Source: Candidatus Omnitrophota bacterium (GTDB lineage Bacteria; Omnitrophota; Gorgyraeia; JAHJTE01). From it: a stretch of DNA of 64,000 bases. Below the pieces are notes generated by a model, which did no database searches, was not told the DNA's origin, and was given only the letters and a program-made list of their open reading frames with translations. Numbering within the stretch: position 1 is the first letter of the stretch; every line of letters starts with the position of its first letter. The stretch is taken from assembly GCA_018830005.1 (NCBI GenBank), contig JAHJTE010000001.1, positions 129,332 through 193,331 of the forward strand, written 5' to 3'. Positions 32,515 to 40,720 of the stretch are shown here, one piece after another. The position numbers and the translations under genes are program-made.

Positions 32515-33732
32515 ATGCCTACATTTACCTACAAGGCAAAATTAGGTCCCAGCAAATTAGAACAAGGCTCAATCGAGGCTGAAAATCAAGAACAGGCAAT
32601 TAAGAAGATAAGTGATTTAGGGCTGTTTCCTGTAGAGGTACGGCCTTATAAGCAGTCAAAGAATATATCTTTATTCGCTAGGTTTGGACAGAGAAACAAG
32701 ATTAAAAATCAGGAAGTTATTAGCTTGACCCGCCAGTTAGCAAGCCTCTTGGAAGCTGGATTAAATATCCTCCCAGCCCTTAATGCCATAAAAAGCCAAT
32801 TAGTAATGCCTGCTTTAGTTTCTCTCGTTGATGATATTGCCCAAAATGTAAAAGATGGTGCATCATTCTCCGAAAGTCTAAGCCACCATAAAGATATTTT
32901 CTCTAGCCTTTATATCAATGTTGTAAGAAGCGGCGAATTGAGTGGAAGGTTAAATCACGTATTAGATACCTTAGCTGATTTTTTAGAAAAAGGCGAAGAT
33001 CTACGTCAGAGAATAATCTCTGCTTTAGTTTATCCTGTATTGGTTTTGGCAGTAGGCATTTTAACAGTAGCAGTCCTTTTGATTTTTGTCATTCCGCGTA
33101 TCGGGGTAATGTTTGAGGATATGGGTCAGGTGTTGCCTCTTCCCACACAGATAGTCGTGGGTATAAGCTCAATGATAGTAAATTATTTTTTTGTTTTTTT
33201 TGCAATTATAGTAGTTTTATTTTTCTTCATTAATAAGAGGATTAAAACAAAAGAAGGTAGAATTTTTGTTGACCGCAGCAAACTCAAAACTCCTCTTTTA
33301 GGGATGTTCATTCGTAAACAACACATCGTTCAATTTTCTCGCACCTTATCTCTACTCTTAGCAAGCGGTATTCCAATTGTGACTGCCTTAGAGCTGGTGG
33401 CTAATACCTTATCTAACGGAATGATCAGGCAAGAGGTAAAGACAATGTCTACTGCAATACGCGAGGGAGCTAGTCTTTCAACCTCAATAAAGGAGAGCAA
33501 ATATTTTCCTGCATTCGTCTCCAGTATTATTGCCGTTGCAGAAGAATCAGGAAGTTTAGATAGGTCGCTTGCGCGTTTAGCAAGCAGTTTTGAGCGTGAT
33601 GTAGAAAGGATTATTAAGACATTTACCGTAGCCTTAGAGCCAACACTCATTTTCCTCATTGGTTTAGTTGTTGGTTTTATAGTAATAGCAATGCTGCTTC
33701 CAATTTTCCAGATTAACTTGATTGTGGGTTGA
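32515..33732 (+). CDS. gspF: type II secretion system inner-membrane platform protein GspF (PilC-like)
   Basis: Duplicated GspF domain and 3 TM segments. Follows gspE. Confidence 0.8.
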   Translation: MPTFTYKAKLGPSKLEQGSIEAENQEQAIKKISDLGLFPVEVRPYKQSKNISLFARFGQRNKIKNQEVISLTRQLASLLEAGLNILPALNAIKSQLVMPALVSLVDDIAQNVKDGASFSESLSHHKDIFSSLYINVVRSGELSGRLNHVLDTLADFLEKGEDLRQRIISALVYPVLVLAVGILTVAVLLIFVIPRIGVMFEDMGQVLPLPTQIVVGISSMIVNYFFVFFAIIVVLFFFINKRIKTKEGRIFVDRSKLKTPLLGMFIRKQHIVQFSRTLSLLLASGIPIVTALELVANTLSNGMIRQEVKTMSTAIREGASLSTSIKESKYFPAFVSSIIAVAEESGSLDRSLARLASSFERDVERIIKTFTVALEPTLIFLIGLVVGFIVIAMLLPIFQINLIVG

Positions 33733-33765
33733 TGCAGGGATGATCGCAGATAACCGGAGGTAAAT

Positions 33766-34194
33766 ATGCGCAAGAGTAATAGTGGCTTTACGTTGATCGA
33801 ATTAATGCTCGTTGTAATCATCATCGGCGTCCTTGTTTCTATGGTTCTGCCGCGTCTTGCCGGAAGGTCAGAACAAGCAAGGATTGCGGCAGCAGGCGCG
33901 GATATAAATGCCAATATAGCTACAGCCTTAGATATGTATGAGCTTGACAACGGAAGATATCCTACGACAGAACAGGGTTTAAGGACATTGGTTGTTGAAT
34001 CGGATGTTTCGCCCCTACCTAACAATTGGCACGGGCCTTATCTGAAAAAGATACCCCAAGATCCATGGAAAAGAGCTTATGTATACAAATCTCCCGGAGA
34101 CCACAGCCAGGATTACGATCTATCCAGTTTAGGGCCTGACGGGATCGAAAGCGCTGATGATATTACCAGCTGGCAAAGTGAGATCTCTCCATAA
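33766..34194 (+). CDS. gspG: type II secretion system major pseudopilin GspG
   Basis: Prepilin N-terminus GFTLIELMLVVIIIGVL and T2SS-specific signature DPWKRAYVYKSPGDH...YDLSSLGPDG. Confidence 0.85.
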   Translation: MRKSNSGFTLIELMLVVIIIGVLVSMVLPRLAGRSEQARIAAAGADINANIATALDMYELDNGRYPTTEQGLRTLVVESDVSPLPNNWHGPYLKKIPQDPWKRAYVYKSPGDHSQDYDLSSLGPDGIESADDITSWQSEISP

Positions 34195-34657
34195 AAATAA
34201 ATTCGCCTTCACGTTAATTGAACTTCTATTGGTTGTAGCGGTTCTTTCCGTAATGGTTGGAATTAGTCTGCCTGCATTCAAAAAAACATATAACCGTCTG
34301 AATTTAGAAAATATTGCCCTTAATATTTTAAGTACTGCGCGCTATGCTCGGGCTAAGGCAATTGTCGAGTCAAGGATTTATCGTCTAAATTTTGATATCG
34401 AAGATAAGAGTTACTCACTCAGCACAGAAAGCGATGACAAAATCGAAGGCTTCCAGCCTATTAGTGGTCGCTTCGGAAAGATAGCTCAGATAACAGACGA
34501 TATCAACATTAAGACCTCAGCAGATCATGTCAATTTTTATCCAAGCGGAGATTCTGATGAAATAATAGTTGTTCTTAAAAATACTGATGGCAGAGTCTAT
34601 ACAATAGGAAAGTCAGGGGTCTTTGGCGAATTTAAGATTATTGAGGAAAAAGAATAG
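34157..34657 (+). CDS. minor pseudopilin (GspH-like); start uncertain (ATG 34157 or GTG 34178)
   Basis: Prepilin leader KNKFA/FTLIELLLVVAVLSVMV; follows gspG. Confidence 0.55.
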   Translation: MILPAGKVRSLHKNKFAFTLIELLLVVAVLSVMVGISLPAFKKTYNRLNLENIALNILSTARYARAKAIVESRIYRLNFDIEDKSYSLSTESDDKIEGFQPISGRFGKIAQITDDINIKTSADHVNFYPSGDSDEIIVVLKNTDGRVYTIGKSGVFGEFKIIEEKE

Positions 34658-34663
34658 GATATA

Positions 34664-35110
34664 ATGACTAAGCAGATTTTTAAGCGATTCCGTGGGTTTT
34701 TAAATCAGAACTCTTATAGTAGGTTAAGGGATAAGGCAAGAGCTGGTTTTCTTTTGATTGAAGTGTTGATAACTGTAGTAGTTCTAGGTACGGCGATTGT
34801 ATTTATTGTTCAGGCATTAAGCTCTTCTCTTTTTGCTGCAAGACGAGCCTCTCTTTATACAGAGGCATTGATGTTAATGGATGAACTCAACTGGGATGTC
34901 AAGTTAGAAACCTACTCCCAACCTTTTCTAAGTAGAGGGGATTTCCCTAAAAGCTCTAAAGTTTCTAAAGGTAAAACAGACTTTAATTTGAGGCAAGAAT
35001 TATTTTTAACGGATTTTCCTAATCTTTCAGAGATGGTTTTGACTGTCTCCTGGACAAAGGGAGAATTCTCAACATCGACGTATGTGCTGACGGCACAAGT
35101 AGAAGAGTGA
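34664..35110 (+). CDS. minor pseudopilin (GspI-like)
   Basis: Prepilin-type N-terminus AGFLLIEVLITVVVLGTAIV. Size and position after gspH. Confidence 0.5.
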   Translation: MTKQIFKRFRGFLNQNSYSRLRDKARAGFLLIEVLITVVVLGTAIVFIVQALSSSLFAARRASLYTEALMLMDELNWDVKLETYSQPFLSRGDFPKSSKVSKGKTDFNLRQELFLTDFPNLSEMVLTVSWTKGEFSTSTYVLTAQVEE

Positions 35111-35775
35111 GGCAGTCTAGCATGATTTTTAATATCTTAAACTATCGGCTAAAGAGTAGTGTGCTTAGGTATAAGAGAGGCATAACTTTTGTTGAGCTCT
35201 TAATTGCAATTTTGATATTTTCCATTATTGTTACCTCGCTGTATTCGGCATTTAGAGTAGGATTGACTGCATACAAAAGAGGTGAGAGGTTTGCCTCTTG
35301 CTATCAAGGGATACGTCTGGCCTTAGATTCAATTGCCTTGGATTTACGAAATAGCTATAAATTTTCTGAATCCGATGTCAGATTTAAAGCAGAAGAATCG
35401 AAGGTCTCATTTTATACTCTTAAGAATTTTACTTCAGAACAACATAAAGATAACTTTCAGATTTGCAAGATAGAATATTGGAAAGAGGATAAAGAATTAT
35501 TTAGAAAGGTTTTTGCTGGCAATTTGGCATTTTCCGAAGAAGAAGTAAGTGCTGGTCTCCTGCTGGATAATTTAAGTGAATTCAGCATTGAATTTCCCTA
35601 TAAAGATGAAGAGGCTCAATCAGTAGTTTGGAATGATTACTGGCTGGCAAGCGATGAGTTGCCTTTAGCAGTAAAGATTTATTTGAAGATAGATGAACCT
35701 GAAACGGGCCAACCCATAGAGTTGACAAAAATCATATATATTCCGACGGGAGAATTAGGAAGGCCTGAGGAATAA
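35107..35775 (+). CDS. minor pseudopilin (GspJ-like)
   Basis: Prepilin-type N-terminus RGITFVELLIAILIFSIIV. Overlapping start with the previous gene. Confidence 0.5.
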   Translation: MRQSSMIFNILNYRLKSSVLRYKRGITFVELLIAILIFSIIVTSLYSAFRVGLTAYKRGERFASCYQGIRLALDSIALDLRNSYKFSESDVRFKAEESKVSFYTLKNFTSEQHKDNFQICKIEYWKEDKELFRKVFAGNLAFSEEEVSAGLLLDNLSEFSIEFPYKDEEAQSVVWNDYWLASDELPLAVKIYLKIDEPETGQPIELTKIIYIPTGELGRPEE

Positions 35776-35785
35776 TGGGGTATTA

Positions 35786-36847
35786 TTGTTAGGAGTTATG
35801 GATTACATAAAGCCGTATAAAAAAGTTAACAATAAGGCCTTGATTCTAATTGTTGCCTTATGGATCGTAGCTATTCTGACTTTATTGGCTATTGGCCTGG
35901 CACATCGCATATCTATTGAGCTTCATCTGATTAGATTCTCTCGTGACAGATTAAAGGCCTGCTCTGCCTTAGAGGCTGCAGTACAATCAGCAGCTTATAT
36001 CATCGCCCAAGATATAAATGGTTACGACAGCATGAACGAGATCTGGGCTAATGGTATATGGGATGAATTTAACGAGTCAATCTTTAAGGATGTCAAGCTT
36101 AAACAGGCTGTATTTAGCATAATACATAAAGTAGATGATGAAACTGGCGTCCTATCTTTACTCTATGGGCTTAGCGATGAGCAGGCGAGGCTGAATATCA
36201 ATACCGCTACGGCCAATCACTTGCAGACATTTTTTCTAGAAGCTGAAATAGAGAATTCCAGAGAAATATCCGCTTCCATTTTAGATTGGATTGATGAGGA
36301 TGAGATTACATCTTTTGACGGAGCTGAGGATGATTACTATACTGGCCTGGATATGCCTTATCATTGTAAAAACGCACCCTTATCTAGCATTGAAGAATTA
36401 TTATTTATTAAAGGCATGGATCCTGATAAATTTGAAAAAATTAAACCCTTTATAACTGTTTATGGTGATGGTAAAATAAATATTAATACTGTAAGTGAGC
36501 TCCTCTTGAGTTCCCTGCTTATTAGTCGCGGAACTTTGGATTCGACTGCCAGGAAATTAGCTGGTGAGGTTGTTGATTATAGGCTTGGCGATGATGGTGA
36601 GATCGGAACTGTAGATGATAGAATTTTTGAAAAGTTCCAAGATATTGTTTTGGCCTTGAGTAGCCAAACTTCTTTGGGTGAGTTTGCTAAGTGCGCGGAT
36701 ATAATTAAGTTCAACTCCAGTTTTTTTCGGGCAGATATTTGGGCCCAGTCTTTAAATAAAGTTGCTCAGAAGAGGGCATTGTGTATATTAGAGAAAGACC
36801 GAGCAGCAGTAAAGATGCCCAAGGTAGTTAAATGGCAAGAGTATTAA
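35786..36847 (+). CDS. gspK: type II secretion system minor pseudopilin GspK
   Basis: N-terminal TM, GLSDEQARLNINTA and tandem helix-hairpin-helix-like motifs (SIEELLFIKGMDPDKFEKIKPFITVYG...ININTVSEL). Confidence 0.7.
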   Translation: MLGVMDYIKPYKKVNNKALILIVALWIVAILTLLAIGLAHRISIELHLIRFSRDRLKACSALEAAVQSAAYIIAQDINGYDSMNEIWANGIWDEFNESIFKDVKLKQAVFSIIHKVDDETGVLSLLYGLSDEQARLNINTATANHLQTFFLEAEIENSREISASILDWIDEDEITSFDGAEDDYYTGLDMPYHCKNAPLSSIEELLFIKGMDPDKFEKIKPFITVYGDGKININTVSELLLSSLLISRGTLDSTARKLAGEVVDYRLGDDGEIGTVDDRIFEKFQDIVLALSSQTSLGEFAKCADIIKFNSSFFRADIWAQSLNKVAQKRALCILEKDRAAVKMPKVVKWQEY

Positions 36848-36851
36848 TACA

Positions 36852-38300
36852 ATGAAGAGATTAAAAGCCAAGAAGAATGTCTTTAGCAGCGTCGAGCTGA
36901 ATCATGACTCGATTAAAATTGCTCAGGCAGAGTCAATTTTAGGAAAACCAAAATTTACCCATCTTTTTTACTCCCGCGTCGGCGACCTATCTAAGAAAGA
37001 AACTCAAGGCAAGATTAGGAGCCTCTTAAGCAAGGAGCAAATCGAAATTACAAATTGCCTTCTTTGTCTGCCTCGCCACAACGTAACAACCCGCTATCTT
37101 AAGCTGCCCAGTTTAGAAGAGCAAGAGATTGAAAAGATGCTTATGCTTCAAATCCCTAAATTGCTTCCTTATGCACCGGGAGAAATACTATCCAGTTACA
37201 AAAAGATTACTTCTGATAGTGAAGGTTATACTTATTGTATTGTGATTTTAGCCCAAGAAAATCTAGTAAGGCGTTATCTTTCGTTTCTTAAGGCCATAGG
37301 CATAGAGGCCTCAAGTGTTATTTTAAGTTCAGAAGTATGTGCTCACTGGCTAAGATTTATTAATAAAGTGAACATTAAAAATGAGACGATTGTTCTTATT
37401 GATGTCGATACGAGTAGTGTTGATATTATGATTATAAATGGGGGAGAACTAATTTTTACTCGTAGTTTTTCACGCGAATTACAAGATACGCAAGGTCTAT
37501 CCTGGCAGAATAAACTTCAGGATGAGATAAGGCGTACATTGGAGACTGCTGAAAAGGAAATAGGTAAGCAGAATATAACTCGCCTTATCTTAAGCGGCAG
37601 CCGTTTAGCCACAAAGGATACGGATAAGGCATTATCCGAAAATTTTTCTCGTCCTGTAGAAATTATCTCTAGACTTGAGGAGGAATGTATTAAGTCGCAG
37701 GCCTCAATAGCAAAGACCTTACGAGAATCAGATACCTCCTTTACCTCAGTTATGGGAGCTGCAGTTAGCAGGCAGAATTTTTCTATAAATCTTTTACCTG
37801 CGGATATTAAGGCCAGGCTAAATTGGCAAAGGCTAAAAAAGGAACGAGTCAAATGTATATCTTTAGTTCTATTAATTATTGCATTTTCTTTTGGTCTCTT
37901 TGTTAAACATATTTATGATAAACAGAGGCTCTTAAAAACATTAGAGCAGAAGATAGCAACATTATTGCCAGAAGCCACTATGAGAGAGAAGATAAGTTCA
38001 CGCCTGGAGATAATACGCGAGCAGTTAAAATCAAAGGTTTTTACCGCCCAGCTTATAAAAGAAATATACACTATCATTCCTGACAAGATATATTTAAATA
38101 GCCTTAGTATTCAAAAAGATGAGATTTTGATAATAAAGGGGCAGGCCGATAAATTATCTAATGTCTTTACTCTTGTAGGGGCCTTGGAAAAAAGTACATA
38201 TTTCCAAGACGTACGCGTGCGTTATGCTACGAAGAGAAAAGTCAAAACAGTTGAAATTACGGATTTTCAGATAGATTGTCCCCTAAAGGATAGCGAATAG
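36852..38300 (+). CDS. GspL-like assembly protein (PilM-type actin-like ATPase fold fused to PilN-type TM/periplasmic domain)
   Basis: ~320-aa cytoplasmic PilM-like region, TM helix (ISLVLLIIAFSFGLFV), ~130-aa periplasmic tail. Position between gspK and the gspM-like gene. Confidence 0.6.
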   Translation: MKRLKAKKNVFSSVELNHDSIKIAQAESILGKPKFTHLFYSRVGDLSKKETQGKIRSLLSKEQIEITNCLLCLPRHNVTTRYLKLPSLEEQEIEKMLMLQIPKLLPYAPGEILSSYKKITSDSEGYTYCIVILAQENLVRRYLSFLKAIGIEASSVILSSEVCAHWLRFINKVNIKNETIVLIDVDTSSVDIMIINGGELIFTRSFSRELQDTQGLSWQNKLQDEIRRTLETAEKEIGKQNITRLILSGSRLATKDTDKALSENFSRPVEIISRLEEECIKSQASIAKTLRESDTSFTSVMGAAVSRQNFSINLLPADIKARLNWQRLKKERVKCISLVLLIIAFSFGLFVKHIYDKQRLLKTLEQKIATLLPEATMREKISSRLEIIREQLKSKVFTAQLIKEIYTIIPDKIYLNSLSIQKDEILIIKGQADKLSNVFTLVGALEKSTYFQDVRVRYATKRKVKTVEITDFQIDCPLKDSE

Positions 38301-38312
38301 CTAGAGAATAAA

Positions 38313-38846
38313 ATGAAATTGATAAGTCAGCTGTCGAAAAGAGAAAAGAACATTTTTTATTTTACTATATTAATTATTGCCTTTAGCCTGATATTCAAAT
38401 TTATCTTGTTGCCTTTGTTTAATTTAAATCAGAGATTAACACAAGAGGTTAAAGCAAAAGAGATAGAACTGGTAAGGGCGAGGCGACTTTCTAAAGGCGG
38501 ATCAGTGCAAAGTCAATATGATGCATTCATTGCTGCGATTAAGATGGGTGAAAGCCAGGATTTGGAAATGGCCCGCTTACTTTCTGAAATAGAGTCAATA
38601 GCCAAAGAGGCAGGTGTGAATATCTTGAATTTAAGACCTCATGAGATAGAAGATAAGAGGTTTTATAAGAGATTTCTCATTGAATTAAAGTCTGAAGGAA
38701 CAAGCCAGCAAATTTTAAGATTTATATTTTCGTTAGAATCCTCACAACTCCTGTTGAGGATTGAGAAGTTTAACCTCAGCTCAAGAATCTCTAAGGGGAA
38801 TCTCCTTAATGCCACATTAACCGTCTCTAGAGTGGCAATTCCTTAA
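38313..38846 (+). CDS. GspM/PilO-like bitopic membrane protein
   Basis: N-terminal TM, coiled-coil region, C-terminal ferredoxin-like region. Gene order. Confidence 0.5.
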   Translation: MKLISQLSKREKNIFYFTILIIAFSLIFKFILLPLFNLNQRLTQEVKAKEIELVRARRLSKGGSVQSQYDAFIAAIKMGESQDLEMARLLSEIESIAKEAGVNILNLRPHEIEDKRFYKRFLIELKSEGTSQQILRFIFSLESSQLLLRIEKFNLSSRISKGNLLNATLTVSRVAIP

Positions 38847-38873
38847 ATGAAGTCAGAACCCATTAAAAATTAC

Positions 38874-38902
38874 TTGACAAGGTTTAATTTTTGCGGTAAA
38901 AT
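38874..38902 (+). promoter_or_regulatory. sigma70-like promoter TTGACA-17-TAAAAT internal to the T2SS cluster
   Basis: TTGACA 38874-38879, 17-nt spacer, TAAAAT 38897-38902. Followed by 5'-UTR hairpin CACTCTC-TAGG-TGGAGAGTG that contains the RBS of the merR gene. Confidence 0.55.
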
Positions 38903-38925
38903 CACTCTCTAGGTGGAGAGTGATT

Positions 38926-39168
38926 ATGGTTCGCAACATATATCTATTAAAAGACTTAGCAAGAATTACAGGCTATTCAACGCATACTATAAAATATTAT
39001 CTTAAAATTGGTCTTATTAAGGAGTTTGGCCGTAGCCCGGAAACTAACTTCCGTTATTTTACAGACAATACAGTTAAACTCCTAGGTTATATTCGGCAAC
39101 TGCGTAAAGAAAAAAAATCCATTGCGTGCATAAAAGAAATTATTAAACATAAAAAGTATACTAAGTAG
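38926..39168 (+). CDS. MerR-family HTH transcriptional regulator (small, DNA-binding domain only)
   Basis: LKDLARITGYSTHTIKYYLKIGLI...FRYFTDNTVKLLGYIRQLRKE matches the MerR HTH plus start of the coiled coil. ATG at 38926 follows GGAGAG RBS. Confidence 0.7.
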   Translation: MVRNIYLLKDLARITGYSTHTIKYYLKIGLIKEFGRSPETNFRYFTDNTVKLLGYIRQLRKEKKSIACIKEIIKHKKYTK

Positions 39169-39179
39169 CTAATAGAAAA

Positions 39180-40004
39180 ATGAGCTATTTTAGCCAACTT
39201 GGCCTAACCCAGGAACCATTTTCGACAAGCCCAGATCCTGAATTTCTTTATCATTCCCTAGGTCACGAGACTGCCTTGAGGCGGCTTGAGATCTCCATAC
39301 GCTTACGCAGAGGATTAAGTCTTATTGTCGGTGATATTGGCACAGGAAAGACCACTCTTAGCCGCACCCTCTTTCAGGTATTTAAGAATGAGCCAGACTT
39401 TATTTTTCACCTCATACTAGATCCTAATTACAAAACTGAATTTCAATTTCTTTCTTCATTGATTAAGATGTTGGGGATACACCCGAATTTTAAGTCCACG
39501 CTGGATTATAAGGAGTCACTAAAGGATTATCTATTCGCAAAAGGTGTAGAGGAAAACAAGACAATAATTTTATTAATTGATGAGGGGCAGAAGTTGACTC
39601 CGGATCACCTTGAGATTCTAAGGAGCCTGCTTAATTATGAAACCAATGAGTATAAACTATTACAACTTGTGATTATGTCTCAAATGGAACTCTTACCACG
39701 TTTAAGAAGGGCGAAGAATTTCACTGACCGTATAGCCTTAAAATACATAATTAATCCCCTGGGCGAGAACGAGACAAAACAGATGATTGAATTTAGATTA
39801 CATCAGGCGGGATTTGATAAAGGAGCCAGCCTCTTTAGTGAAGAGGCGATGCGATTAATCTATGAATATACTCAAGGTTATCCGCGCAAGATTACTCTTC
39901 TTTGCCATGACGCATTGGAACTTTTGATCATGAAAGAAAAGAGAATAGTAGATAGAGGAATTGTTGAAGAGATTATAAACAGAGAGTCTTTTTTAAATGG
40001 ATAG
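39180..40004 (+). CDS. ExeA/GspA-like AAA+ ATPase
   Basis: Walker A GDIGTGKTTL, Walker B LLIDEGQ. Typical ExeA size and its association with T2SS. Confidence 0.75.
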   Translation: MSYFSQLGLTQEPFSTSPDPEFLYHSLGHETALRRLEISIRLRRGLSLIVGDIGTGKTTLSRTLFQVFKNEPDFIFHLILDPNYKTEFQFLSSLIKMLGIHPNFKSTLDYKESLKDYLFAKGVEENKTIILLIDEGQKLTPDHLEILRSLLNYETNEYKLLQLVIMSQMELLPRLRRAKNFTDRIALKYIINPLGENETKQMIEFRLHQAGFDKGASLFSEEAMRLIYEYTQGYPRKITLLCHDALELLIMKEKRIVDRGIVEEIINRESFLNG

Positions 40005-40656
40005 ACCATCACCAGAAGAAAAATTATTGCGCCTGATTAAAGACGCTACTGGAAAGGGGGCCCGGCAGAAGAAAAAGCAGGCCGATGCACAGGAGAGCGT
40101 GCAGCCTTCGTCGCCAGAGCTTCCAGTCCGAACCCAAAAGTTGCGGACACATCAAAAGCGGATCAAGAAGCTCAAAACCCCTATTTTCAGCTTTAAATTT
40201 ATAAATAAGGTCTTGCATACTTTGCTTGTAATTATATTTTTATTTTTTGTTTTTAACATTATCTATAGCAGCAGAGAAATAAGCCAGGTAGAAAGAGAGG
40301 GATTTGAAAAGGATAAGGATTTAGAATTTGCTTCTTTTCCTGAAACCCTTGAGGGGGAATTTACTGACTATCTGTCAGCCGGCAGGAGGCGTGATATATT
40401 TACTTCCTCTGGCATGCAGATGATATCCGAAGGTTTAGCATCTTCTATATTTGATGCGGAGCAGTATGTTGGTAAGCTAAAATTATTAGGCATAATTTCA
40501 GGCATTAAGTCTCAAGCAATTGTTGAGGATCAGAACGAAAATAAAAATTACACCTTAAGTGTTGGTGATTATTTAAAGGAGTTCTTAGTTGAAGAAGTAG
40601 GAAAAGGTAAAGTGCTATTTGATTATAAGGGTGAGAAGTTTGATTTGTATCTATAA
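39997..40656 (+). CDS. bitopic protein in the ExeB/GspB position; C-terminal PilP/GspC-HR-like beta domain
   Basis: Basic N-terminus, single TM (VLHTLLVIIFLFFVF), C-terminal LKLLGIISG...QAIVED...YTLSVGDYL...KVLFDYKGEKFDL resembles the PilP/GspC secretin-binding beta-sandwich. Confidence 0.35.
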   Translation: MDRPSPEEKLLRLIKDATGKGARQKKKQADAQESVQPSSPELPVRTQKLRTHQKRIKKLKTPIFSFKFINKVLHTLLVIIFLFFVFNIIYSSREISQVEREGFEKDKDLEFASFPETLEGEFTDYLSAGRRRDIFTSSGMQMISEGLASSIFDAEQYVGKLKLLGIISGIKSQAIVEDQNENKNYTLSVGDYLKEFLVEEVGKGKVLFDYKGEKFDLYL

Positions 40657-40720
40657 ACGATTGTCTACCTGCGGACACGTTTGGCTAAGGTGGACATAAT
40701 AGATTAAATGGAGGTCCATT

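Noticed and set aside
36852-38300. Calling the 482-aa protein a separate PilM + PilN pair (type IVa pilus)
   Set aside because: The PilM-like and PilN-like parts form a single continuous ORF. This is exactly the GspL architecture, and the neighbouring GspG carries the T2SS-specific signature, so it is interpreted as GspL.
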